The notes beneath the pieces were generated by a model that saw nothing but the letters and a program-made list of their open reading frames with translations, ran no database searches and had not been told where the DNA came from. Below are positions 10,338 to 19,233 of a stretch of DNA of 64,000 bases, in pieces. Each line of letters opens with the position of its first letter. Position 1 is the stretch's first letter. Both the position numbers and the translations under genes were made by a program. The DNA is from an uncultured virus (IMG/VR IMGVR_UViG_3300045180_000051) (lineage: Duplodnaviria; Heunggongvirae; Uroviricota; Caudoviricetes), in IMG/VR virus record IMGVR_UViG_3300045180_000051. The stretch is one strand, 5' to 3'.

Positions 10338-10352
10338 GTTCTTGAAATGTTC
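10338..10352 (+). promoter_or_regulatory. Alphaproteobacterial LexA (SOS) box
   Basis: GTTC-ttgaaat-GTTC (GTTC-N7-GTTC). Confidence 0.7.
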
Positions 10353-10398
10353 TCATTATGATGGAATCATAATTCCAGTGTTAAGGGTGTGAGGTGTC

Positions 10399-10626
10399 AT
10401 GTATCCGCTGTTTGTCGTGCAAGGATTTACTGCGTGCAGGTGGGGTGTAATCCCTGACACTCCGATCCAGGTTGATACGGAAGATCATGCGCTGAGGCTG
10501 GCTCATCGCTTGGCTTGCGAAAAGCCTGCCGTCCTTGCTTTATACAGATGGAATAATGAGACGCAGATCATCGCAGCTATCGGGCGTGTACCTGATAGCG
10601 CGCTTGAAGCTGTAGCTAATGGCTAG
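10399..10626 (+). CDS. Small putative SOS-regulated protein (related to 63307..63546)
   Basis: GAGGT RBS; LexA box upstream. Confidence 0.65.
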   Translation: MYPLFVVQGFTACRWGVIPDTPIQVDTEDHALRLAHRLACEKPAVLALYRWNNETQIIAAIGRVPDSALEAVANG

Positions 10627-10629
10627 CTT

Positions 10630-11307
10630 TTAACGAGTGTTGTATTTCCCAACAACGCGATGGCAGACAGGCCAATCCGCTCGAAATTCCTTGAATTCCT
10701 TGTGCGGGTTGTACTGCTCTAACATCCATTCGCGATCATTGAAGCCGACAAGTCGTTTGATGATCGCTTCGTTCTCGTCCATTGCACTTGTGTGATAAAG
10801 AATTACGTCTTCATCACGAACTGGCGGCAAATTCGGGTTTACGAGTGCGGTTTCGCCGGGGCGATAGGCAGGAACCATGGACTCTCCGGACAATAGAAGT
10901 CCGTATCCACCCTTAACGCCCTGCAGTACGGCAGGCATTTTCATATAGCTGATTGGATCAAAGGTGATGATGACGTGGCCATCGCCGCCCTTGGCCGCTG
11001 CATAGACCGGCAGGCCGCGTTCCTGGCTAACAAGCTGCTCGCCCGGAATGGGTGAAGGCGTGAAAGTATCGGAAATTGGTTTAGCTGATGTAGCGGCCAT
11101 TTCGCCATTACCAAAAGCTAGCCAATCCTCATTTAGATCGAGCGCACGAGCGAGGCGGGCAACAAAATCGACGCTTGCGCCGCGTTTCCCGCCTTCCAAC
11201 AGACTGATCGACGACTTGTCGCGCCCAATAAGGGCGGCAAGGTCAGCCTGGCTCATTCCTTTAAGTTCACGCGCCGAACGAAGGCGCTGCGCGAAATCTT
11301 TGTCCAT
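10630..11307 (-). CDS. CI-like phage repressor (XRE HTH plus S24 autopeptidase)
   Basis: RLRSARELKGMSQADLA HTH, A-K-G-G cleavage-site region, GESM serine and IIKRL lysine. Confidence 0.9.
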   Translation of the reverse strand: MDKDFAQRLRSARELKGMSQADLAALIGRDKSSISLLEGGKRGASVDFVARLARALDLNEDWLAFGNGEMAATSAKPISDTFTPSPIPGEQLVSQERGLPVYAAAKGGDGHVIITFDPISYMKMPAVLQGVKGGYGLLLSGESMVPAYRPGETALVNPNLPPVRDEDVILYHTSAMDENEAIIKRLVGFNDREWMLEQYNPHKEFKEFRADWPVCHRVVGKYNTR

Positions 11308-11342
11308 GATGCGCTTTTCGCATAAAGTTGTGAAAATGTAAC

Positions 11343-11400
11343 GTGCGTTTTTGTCATCACATGTTGACAGTGGTGCGAATCTGTCATATATAGGTGTCAT
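11343..11400 (+). promoter_or_regulatory. PR-like early promoter/operator
   Basis: TTGACA (11364-11369)-N17-TATATA. Confidence 0.75.
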
Positions 11401-11844
11401 CAACCGGCGCAGAAGACGCTGGAATCACAAAATGGCAGGCAACGAATTGAACATCCTTCCAAGGATCACCGCCATCGAAAGATAGGCAAGTTTAACAGGG
11501 TAATAGAGGAGAGACGTAATGACGAATTCAGCCGCAAGAAGCGAAAACGTTTCTACTAAACCGCCGTAGAAATAACAGGGACACTGGTCGCTTAACAGCG
11601 GCTGGTGCTTTCGGCGTAGCCAAGGGACACTCGCATACCAAGGTCAGCAAGCCACGTCGAAAATTTTAAAGGCGGAGTTTATGAGCCGGCACCACCCGCT
11701 GCTCGCTCCGCCTCGTAATCAGAAGGGTACACGAGGAGTTTTTCAACACCAAACCCTTCTTTTCCTTCGCGAGTACCACCCCGCGCAGGACCACAGATGG
11801 CTTCACCAAGGCCATTTGTCAACCAACACCAACACGAGGAGAGC

Positions 11845-12123
11845 ATGAAAGATTATGAAACAATAGAAGAGGTGCATCGTATGCACGAGGCAAGCGCCAC
11901 TCCGACTGAGATTGGAAACGCGCTTAGCCTGCCCAGATCGACAGTGGCTTCAATTCTGCGCCGCCCGATCCCAAAATCTACAGCCGACCGCATCATTGTG
12001 CGGTGTGTTTCTAACGGTGGTTGGTCCACGGCCAATCACTGTGTGAGTTATATCGCAATGCCACGCATTCGTGCGCTGGAAGCCGCGAACGATAACTTTG
12101 AGCCGGGCGCAATCGCAGCCTGA
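11845..12123 (+). CDS. HTH protein ending in an ssrA-like tail (AANDNFEPGAIAA)
   Basis: TPTEIGNALSLPRSTVASILRR HTH; ACACGAGGAG RBS. Confidence 0.75.
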   Translation: MKDYETIEEVHRMHEASATPTEIGNALSLPRSTVASILRRPIPKSTADRIIVRCVSNGGWSTANHCVSYIAMPRIRALEAANDNFEPGAIAA

Positions 12124-12203
12124 GCAAAGATGGCCGTGTCGGAATTATAGACCTACGTATTCTTGACCGGCCACAGATCAACCTCCTGACAGGAGGAATA
12201 TCA

Positions 12204-12407
12204 ATGAAATCCCATAGCTTGCGTGAGCCACACAAGGCTTACCAAACCAAATTCACGCGGACTGGCGAGCGGGACACGACAAACCGCAAGCCTTATCGGA
12301 CGGCTGCGCAGAAGCTTCATGCCCGCGACACCGCCGTCCTTAAAGACGGTCGATACGTCTCAAACGCTCCTGTGTCCTTCAGCAGAACGAAACGGGGTGC
12401 AGCGTGA
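12204..12407 (+). CDS. Small basic hypothetical protein
   Basis: AGGAGG RBS. Confidence 0.65.
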   Translation: MKSHSLREPHKAYQTKFTRTGERDTTNRKPYRTAAQKLHARDTAVLKDGRYVSNAPVSFSRTKRGAA

Positions 12408-12709
12408 CTTGCGAATGCGGTGACTGCTGGGATCTGCCCGGCTCAATTGTGACCCACAAGCTGACAGGCTGGAAGGGCATCATCATTGGCGATCGAGACG
12501 GCTGCATGTACCTCACTGTGCGGTTCTGGATACCAGATACCGGGCTTGGGACAATCGAAGTTTCGCGCTTCGAAGTTGAACCACCGGCCAATGATGGCGA
12601 CGGCGGTGGCGGCCCTGAGGTCGGAACAGAAGAAGACAATGTCATTCCGGTCGATTTCACCAAGGGCGTGAAGCTGACCAAAAAAACCAAAACACGAGGA
12701 GTAGCTTGA
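12404..12709 (+). CDS. Hypothetical protein
   Basis: GTGA coupling. Confidence 0.6.
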   Translation: MTCECGDCWDLPGSIVTHKLTGWKGIIIGDRDGCMYLTVRFWIPDTGLGTIEVSRFEVEPPANDGDGGGGPEVGTEEDNVIPVDFTKGVKLTKKTKTRGVA

Positions 12710-13686
12710 TGGGTAAATTTAAAGCTGGATTTAAGGTTAGAAGCCTGGTGACGCAGATCGACGTTCGCGCAGGCGAACTGTACGAGGTAAAAACCGTCGA
12801 GAATGGCGGTGTTTGGGTTATCGACGGTGTTGGCGACGAGTTCTATTTGACGTCAGATGAGTTTGAAATTCTGCCTTTTGCGGCGCAAACGTTTAAGGTC
12901 GGCGACCGGGTGCGTTTGACTATTGATGAAGGCGAGGGCCGTAATAGCGGTTCCATCGGTGTCATCGAGGAAATCAAGAATAATTATGCGCGCGTATTGT
13001 TCGACGCGCCTTTTGGTGGATGGGGAACAACAGGGCGCAATTGGCACGCACAATTATCCGACCTTGTAGCCGCTCCCCTCAAAATCGAAGCAGGCAAATA
13101 CTACCGTACGCGTGACGGCCGTAAGGTTGGGCCTATGATGGCACGAAATAATGATTCATATGCATTTGCTGCTGATATAGCCGGTGATATCGGGATCCGC
13201 ATCTTCCAGAAAGACGGTGTTCACGGATCACGCTGGATAGGCAATGAGCCAAATCTCGACCTCATCGCCGAATGGCTCGACGAGCCTGTCAAAGCAGCTG
13301 CACCGGTCCAGTTTACGATGCGAAACTTTAAGCTCACATTTGAGCCCGTCGCAAAACCCGCCATCGTCGCGCTGATCGAAAACGGCCAGCCAAAGCCGTC
13401 CACGCTGCCGTTCGTTCACGCCAATGAAACGTTGGCCGCAAAGGAAGCCGCGCGTCTAGCAGGTGTCCACAAGGGCCAGGAATTCGGCGTGTATGTGCTG
13501 ACGCAGAAGGTGAGTGAGCCTGCACCATCCTATAAGCACGAATGGCAACGCTTCGCTGCAAAGGGTGAGAAGCTTTCAGCGATCAAAGAGCTGCGATCTG
13601 TGACTGGTCTCGGGCTCAAGTCGGCAAAGGACGCCGTCGACCACTGGATCGCTCACGACGAGCCTTACTCGCGCATCGCCGCCTAA
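12709..13686 (+). CDS. Mosaic multidomain protein with KOW/SH3-like modules and a C-terminal ribosomal bL12-CTD-like domain
   Basis: FKVGDRVR modules; KLSAIKELRSVTGLGLKSAKDAVD. Confidence 0.7.
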   Translation: MGKFKAGFKVRSLVTQIDVRAGELYEVKTVENGGVWVIDGVGDEFYLTSDEFEILPFAAQTFKVGDRVRLTIDEGEGRNSGSIGVIEEIKNNYARVLFDAPFGGWGTTGRNWHAQLSDLVAAPLKIEAGKYYRTRDGRKVGPMMARNNDSYAFAADIAGDIGIRIFQKDGVHGSRWIGNEPNLDLIAEWLDEPVKAAAPVQFTMRNFKLTFEPVAKPAIVALIENGQPKPSTLPFVHANETLAAKEAARLAGVHKGQEFGVYVLTQKVSEPAPSYKHEWQRFAAKGEKLSAIKELRSVTGLGLKSAKDAVDHWIAHDEPYSRIAA

Positions 13687-13751
13687 CCAGTAAATCCCAC
13701 CGATAAACCAACCAGCCCCGCTGCAATCGCGGCGGGGAATGAGGAGGTATT

Positions 13752-14042
13752 ATGCACAATAGACCGAATGCATTACAGCGGGTCCTGAGCCGTGAATATG
13801 GTGAAGACCGACTTCTAGGAATGCCAGCACGCGATCAGATGCACCATGATCGTCGATTGAATGAGATGGCGCAGATGACTGGCGGCCGTGGGTTTCGCAC
13901 CCCTTCGAAGGAAGTTCGACGCTTCGCTGACGGCACCACTCGTGGCGAGCGTAAGTGCAAGCGCCGTGAAACAGCCAATGCGGTTATTCGTGCAGCGCAC
14001 GAAGCAGCGTGGGCCCGCACTGCGTATGAGGCCAGCCTATGA
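13752..14042 (+). CDS. Hypothetical basic protein
   Basis: GAGGAGG RBS. Confidence 0.65.
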   Translation: MHNRPNALQRVLSREYGEDRLLGMPARDQMHHDRRLNEMAQMTGGRGFRTPSKEVRRFADGTTRGERKCKRRETANAVIRAAHEAAWARTAYEASL

Positions 14043-14485
14043 CGGCGCCGTGGAGCAACCAGCCCTTCAAAGACTACGTCGTCGAGGACGACCGCATCTT
14101 GTCCAGCGAAACGACGCTCGGCCTTGGTGACCGCTTCGTCATGGGGCTGGCAGTTGTCGCAGCCTTAGCACTGGCCATCGGCTTTTACTCATGGGTGCTG
14201 TCGTGAACGTCGTCACTCCAGCCGGTAATGGCACCGGGAAGATTGCACGTTCGCTGGCTCTGACCGGTTTTACGCTCGGTCTCTTGCTGATCGTGGCAGG
14301 ATTCATTTTCTGGAACGCCGTGCTGCCTTTCTACGGCCTGCTTTATTTGTGGGGTGGCCAATGATCTACCCACGGTTTCCCACGCTGGCAACTTCTGCGC
14401 CAGTCTGGCTGATCGGCTCACTCATCCTGCTGACCATGATGATCGTCATTCAACTTACCCACTAACCACACACGAGGAGTTAATT

Positions 14486-15301
14486 ATGGCTATTGATTTC
14501 AGCCAATTGAGACGCGCCGAAGATCCATATCCGCCTATTTTCATTATCTATGGGGGCGAGGGGCTAGGAAAAACTAGCTTTGCAGGAGAGTGGCCAAACC
14601 CGTTCTACGTGCGAACTGGTGCGAATGAGCGACCTCCTGTTGGTGTTGATATGATGTCGTTCGGATTGACTGAAACGTATTCTGAGTTTCTTGATCAGAT
14701 TGACTGGATGCTCGAGGCAGATCATGACCGATTAACCTTCGTTCTTGATACTGTTGATAGCCTCGAGGCTCTAGTAATCGACGAAGCGTGCGCGCGACAT
14801 GGTTGGCAAACAATCAGCGATGGCAAGTTTGCTGAGCCGAAGAATGCTACGGCAGAAATCTGGCGTGAAGTGATCAAGAAGCTCACAGAACTAAAGACGG
14901 CTGGCTACGCAGTTGTGTTGATAGCTCATGTGACAACCAAAACCGACCCTGGTGTTACAACCGATAGCTACCCTCGTTATCGCCTTAATCTGAGAATGCA
15001 GGATGACGCTAATTCGTTAGCCCATGCTGCTGATATCGTTGGGTTTATTCATCAACGGGTTTCGATCCAAAAAGAGGCGGGAGGCTTTCACAAGGATAAC
15101 GTCAAAAAACGAGGCGAGGGAAGTGGGGAGCGGCTAATTGGTATCGAAGAGCGTCCCGGCTTTATCGCTAAAAATCGACATAAGCTGACGGGTGCATTGC
15201 CGTATAAAGCCGGGCAAGGATATGCAGTTTTCCAGCCCCATATTATTGAGCCGTATGGCCGCGTAGTTCAAGGTGCAGACGCAGAGCAAGAAGCTGCTTA
15301 A
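14486..15301 (+). CDS. AAA_24/Sak4-like ATPase (recombination)
   Basis: Walker A GGEGLGKT, Walker B VLDTVD, VLIAH, AKNR. Confidence 0.85.
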   Translation: MAIDFSQLRRAEDPYPPIFIIYGGEGLGKTSFAGEWPNPFYVRTGANERPPVGVDMMSFGLTETYSEFLDQIDWMLEADHDRLTFVLDTVDSLEALVIDEACARHGWQTISDGKFAEPKNATAEIWREVIKKLTELKTAGYAVVLIAHVTTKTDPGVTTDSYPRYRLNLRMQDDANSLAHAADIVGFIHQRVSIQKEAGGFHKDNVKKRGEGSGERLIGIEERPGFIAKNRHKLTGALPYKAGQGYAVFQPHIIEPYGRVVQGADAEQEAA

Positions 15302-15303
15302 CC

Positions 15304-15912
15304 GTGCTCCATGACAACGATAACGCGCTTCCGCGCACGCGTGCGGAAGCTAAGAAAATCGGTGCGAAGCACTACTTCACCGGGCTTCCCTGTAAGCGTG
15401 GACATATCGCCGAGAGATCGACGAAAGATGCGATCTGTCAAGAATGCAATAGAGAGCGGTCGCGTGAATTTGCACGAGAATACCCCGAAATAAAGAAGAA
15501 AAGAGATCATGAATACTATTGGTCGGACCCTGAAGCTCGCAGGGAAACAGCGCGTATTTATGCCGCAGCCAATGCAGAAACAGCGCGAATACGTGCAGCT
15601 GAATGGCGGATAGCAAATCCGGAGCGCGCTGCGCACAATGATAGAGTTAAACGAGCAAGAAAGCGTGGCGCAGAGGGTAGTCATACTCTGAAAGAGATTG
15701 CAGATCTTCTCAAAAAACAGAACTACCGATGCATTTATTGCGACGCGTCAATCAGAAAGAAGAAAAACCGTCATGTCGATCATATCATGCCACTCAAGTT
15801 GGGCGGATCGAATGACATAATCAACATACAATTACTTTGCCCGACTTGTAACATGTCAAAGAAGGCGAGCCATCCGGTAGACTATGCTCGTCGCATAGGA
15901 CGACTTATCTAA
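15304..15912 (+). CDS. HNH endonuclease
   Basis: YFTGLPCKRGH N-terminal module; CIYC...HVDHIMP...GGSN...N...CPTCN. Confidence 0.85.
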   Translation: MLHDNDNALPRTRAEAKKIGAKHYFTGLPCKRGHIAERSTKDAICQECNRERSREFAREYPEIKKKRDHEYYWSDPEARRETARIYAAANAETARIRAAEWRIANPERAAHNDRVKRARKRGAEGSHTLKEIADLLKKQNYRCIYCDASIRKKKNRHVDHIMPLKLGGSNDIINIQLLCPTCNMSKKASHPVDYARRIGRLI

Positions 15913-15940
15913 CCACACCACCAACACGAGGAACTAACAC

Positions 15941-16501
15941 ATGGCGAGACTTGGAACGGCGTTTGACGCAACCCAACACGACACGACGCAGTCGGACTAT
16001 TCCGAACTGCCGAACGGCACATACAAGATGGAAATCGAGGCGGCCGACGTGGTGCCGACTTCGACCGGCAGCGGCACCATTCTGAAAACAACGCTGAAGG
16101 TGCTCGAGCCCGCTGAATATGCTGATCGCAAGCTGTTCAACAACTACAACATTGAGAACAAGAACCCGACCGCTCAGGAAATTGGTCAAAGGCAATTTGC
16201 CAGCCTTTGCCGCGCGCTCGAAATGTCTTCGGTAGAAGACACCGACGATCTGCTCTTTAAGTCGTTCACGGTGCGAGTAGCCCTCGGCAAGCCTTCAAAG
16301 GACGGCCAGTATCCGGCGCGTGCCGAGATCAAGAAATACTTCTTCCCTGACGAAAACAACGTGCCTGAGCCGAGCATTGACGCTCAACAGCCTGCGGCGG
16401 CAGCGCAGCGACCAGCCAATGACAACCGACCTGCAGCGGCAAACAACAACAAGCCCGCGCAGCCTGCAAAAGCTGCGGGCAGCCGTCCTTGGTCTAAGTA
16501 A
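15941..16501 (+). CDS. DUF669-like ssDNA-binding protein
   Basis: LPNGTYKMEI...RKLF...N...AQEIGQRQFASLC; lies near the Sak4-like ATPase. Confidence 0.75.
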   Translation: MARLGTAFDATQHDTTQSDYSELPNGTYKMEIEAADVVPTSTGSGTILKTTLKVLEPAEYADRKLFNNYNIENKNPTAQEIGQRQFASLCRALEMSSVEDTDDLLFKSFTVRVALGKPSKDGQYPARAEIKKYFFPDENNVPEPSIDAQQPAAAAQRPANDNRPAAANNNKPAQPAKAAGSRPWSK

Positions 16502-16563
16502 GCACCAAAAAGCTGCCGGTGCTTTCGCGCCGGTAGCCCACCGAACCAACACGAGGAGTTTTT

Positions 16564-17367
16564 ATGGCTTACGAATCCGAGCGCAGACAGATCGATGGTG
16601 CGCTTCCGATACGCTTCGACGGTGCGTTTGTTGCTGGTGGCGCAGTCACAAGCGTCTTTACCGGGACTGACATCAATGACGTTGACTTGTATTTCAAATC
16701 TCGCCGCGCATTCGAGCGAGCTATTTATGACGCATATGAGGAAGGCCTATGGTGCGTGGCTGCCAGCAAGCGCGCCGTGACCTTCACCGATCAGAGCAAC
16801 AATATTGCTCAGCTGATGTATTTTGACTTCTTCCCAAGTGCCCAGTCTATTTTTGACGCTTTTGACTTCACCATCTGCATGGGCGCGGTGGATCTGGATG
16901 CAGGCGCCAACAGCCCAGATTCCGGATTTACCTTTCATCCTGACTTTCTGAAGCACAACAGCCAGCGCTTTCTGAAATTCAATGCTGGCACTCGCTATCC
17001 ACTCGCGTCAGCTACACGCGTCCTGAAGTATCAACAGCGTGGCTACACGATAGGCAAAGGCGATATTATGAAAGTTGCCTTGGCCGTTCGGGGTGTGAAA
17101 ATTGAAACTTGGGAAGATCTGAAAGACCAGATCGGCGGCGCGTATGGTGACAAGGTTGTGTTGGGTAATGAGGACAAGCCCTTCACCATTGAGGCGGCTA
17201 TCGAGGCACTGACTGTTGACGATGCCGAAAGCGAACCATGGGTGCAACCGGCCAACGATAACATGCCGGGCAGTGCCGAAGCGCTGCTGAACCACCTTGC
17301 CGATCTCAATGGCATCGAATTTGTTCCGCCTGAGCTTGACGAAGACGGCTGGCCTCTAGCAGCCTAA
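16564..17367 (+). CDS. Pol-beta superfamily nucleotidyltransferase-like protein
   Basis: VAGGAV...DINDVDLYF (hGG...DxD), FDFT, R..KY..RGY. Confidence 0.7.
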   Translation: MAYESERRQIDGALPIRFDGAFVAGGAVTSVFTGTDINDVDLYFKSRRAFERAIYDAYEEGLWCVAASKRAVTFTDQSNNIAQLMYFDFFPSAQSIFDAFDFTICMGAVDLDAGANSPDSGFTFHPDFLKHNSQRFLKFNAGTRYPLASATRVLKYQQRGYTIGKGDIMKVALAVRGVKIETWEDLKDQIGGAYGDKVVLGNEDKPFTIEAAIEALTVDDAESEPWVQPANDNMPGSAEALLNHLADLNGIEFVPPELDEDGWPLAA

Positions 17368-17425
17368 AAACCAACCACGGCGCGGTCACCAGCCGCGCCT
17401 AAACCACCAACACGAGGAGAAGCCC

Positions 17426-18484
17426 ATGCGGGTAACGCTTGACCGAGCGCAGCTAGCGCACGCCTTGTCGACAGTGACGAAGGCAGTTGAAGCCAGAACG
17501 ACAATTCCTATTCTTGGCAACGTGCTCTTGTCCGCTGACAAAGGACAGTTGAGCATCACCGGCACAAATCTTGATCTGGAAATCAGCACCAGCTTGCCGG
17601 TTCTGGATAGCCAGGACGGCACTGTCACGGTCGCGGGTAAGCTGCTTCTGGATATTGCCAAGCGGGCCACAAGTGACGTTAACTTGGAAGCCGACGGCAA
17701 TCATCTGGTTGTCAAATCTGGCAAAAGCCGTTTCAAGCTGGACACACTGCCAGCTACTGACTTCCCGTCCTTCAATCGCGGAAGCTTCGACACCACGATC
17801 GAAGTGGATCTCGCTTCGCTCGTGCAGACAGTCCAGTTTGCGGTCAGTACCGAAGAAACCCGTTATTACCTGAACGGCGTATTTCTGGAAGCCAAGGACG
17901 GACATATCGTTGCCACAGCGACAGATGGGCATCGTCTCGCGTCAACACGCATTGAACAGGAGGCCGCGTTTGCTCCGGTCATTCTGCCTAACAAGCTGCT
18001 GTCATTGCTGCCGACCGGCGTTGTGTCGGTTTCGTTGTCGTCGAACAAGGTGATGGTCGAGAGCGGTTCGACAGTCATCGTGTCGAAACTCGTCGACGGC
18101 ACATATCCAGATTACGAGCGCGTCATTCCAAAGCCATCGGAGCGTGTAGCTACGCTATCGGCAAAAGCATTGCGCGAAGCTGTTGGACGTACATCAGTTA
18201 TCGCCAGCGAGCGTGGTAAGGCGGTTCGGTTCTCATTTGCTTCGGATGCTCTCACGCTGAATGTTGCTAATCCCGATCGCGGCGACGCAACTGAGAAAAT
18301 GGAAGTCAACTTCAGCAGCGAGCCTCTGACGATTGGTTTCAACGGTCAGTATGTCACCGACCTCATGAGTGCATTCGGTACAGATGAAGTCACGATGTCG
18401 ATGGCAGATTCTGGTTCGCCTGCACTGATCACGTCAGCCGGTCGGCCGGGATACAGGTGCGTGCTTATGCCGATGCGGGTCTGA
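17426..18484 (+). CDS. dnaN: Phage-encoded DNA polymerase III beta sliding clamp
   Basis: TIPILGNVLL, EETRYYLNGV, ATDGHRL, GTYPDYERVIP, C-terminal VLMPMRV. Confidence 0.95.
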   Translation: MRVTLDRAQLAHALSTVTKAVEARTTIPILGNVLLSADKGQLSITGTNLDLEISTSLPVLDSQDGTVTVAGKLLLDIAKRATSDVNLEADGNHLVVKSGKSRFKLDTLPATDFPSFNRGSFDTTIEVDLASLVQTVQFAVSTEETRYYLNGVFLEAKDGHIVATATDGHRLASTRIEQEAAFAPVILPNKLLSLLPTGVVSVSLSSNKVMVESGSTVIVSKLVDGTYPDYERVIPKPSERVATLSAKALREAVGRTSVIASERGKAVRFSFASDALTLNVANPDRGDATEKMEVNFSSEPLTIGFNGQYVTDLMSAFGTDEVTMSMADSGSPALITSAGRPGYRCVLMPMRV

Positions 18485-18486
18485 AT

Positions 18487-18765
18487 ATGAGCAAGAATCC
18501 ATACAAAGACGGCAAGCGCTCGTACCACAATTGCTACGGACAAAATCCATACAGCGATGCATTTAAACGCAGCGAATGGCAGCGTGGTTATGATGAAGCG
18601 GAAGAAGCCGACGATGCGGAACGCAATGCGCAAATCTCAAGGTGGAATGACCTTTGGAACGTCCCAGAACGCGCCAAAGATGCATACATCGCCATGGAAG
18701 ATGACTTCTGCCCGCAGCGAGTGCTGGACTTCATGATTGCGATGTACCCGGAGGCTAGCGAATGA
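18487..18765 (+). CDS. Hypothetical protein
   Basis: NPY...EWQRGY motif; operon context. Confidence 0.6.
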   Translation: MSKNPYKDGKRSYHNCYGQNPYSDAFKRSEWQRGYDEAEEADDAERNAQISRWNDLWNVPERAKDAYIAMEDDFCPQRVLDFMIAMYPEASE

Positions 18766-18953
18766 CCATGGTTACGTTAAACCCACCCACAGAAACCGCG
18801 ATTTTCAACGCCGTTGAGTATGCACTGCGGCACGAACCAGTCACAGAAATAGACTCTGACGAGGGCGGGGAATTTGAGATCGAAATCATTGATCCGCATT
18901 CCTTAGTGCCTTTCGCAACGTGCTTGCTACGCGAGTTGGGAGTTACAAGCTGA
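18762..18953 (+). CDS. Small acidic hypothetical protein
   Basis: ATGA coupling. Confidence 0.55.
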   Translation: MTMVTLNPPTETAIFNAVEYALRHEPVTEIDSDEGGEFEIEIIDPHSLVPFATCLLRELGVTS

Positions 18954-19231
18954 TGCCTAAGTTTTCAGTGCGATACACCTTCCATGGCAGATCATCCACA
19001 TTCATTGAGGCCGAAAGCCTTGATGCCGCCAAGTCTAAGATAGATGCGGATATTGAGCGTGATGACTTCGAACTGGATGCCGATGAGCTCGACGATGTTG
19101 ATTACAACATTTCCGAGATGCACCCCGTAACGCGTGACGGACGTGAGATTTGGACAACAAACGTTCGTGACGGAGATATTCGCGGTCATCAGTCATCATT
19201 GGAATCGTCACCGCTTTTCGGTGGTTCCTAG
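18953..19231 (+). CDS. Small acidic hypothetical protein
   Basis: TGATG coupling. Confidence 0.55.
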   Translation: MPKFSVRYTFHGRSSTFIEAESLDAAKSKIDADIERDDFELDADELDDVDYNISEMHPVTRDGREIWTTNVRDGDIRGHQSSLESSPLFGGS

Positions 19232-19233
19232 TC

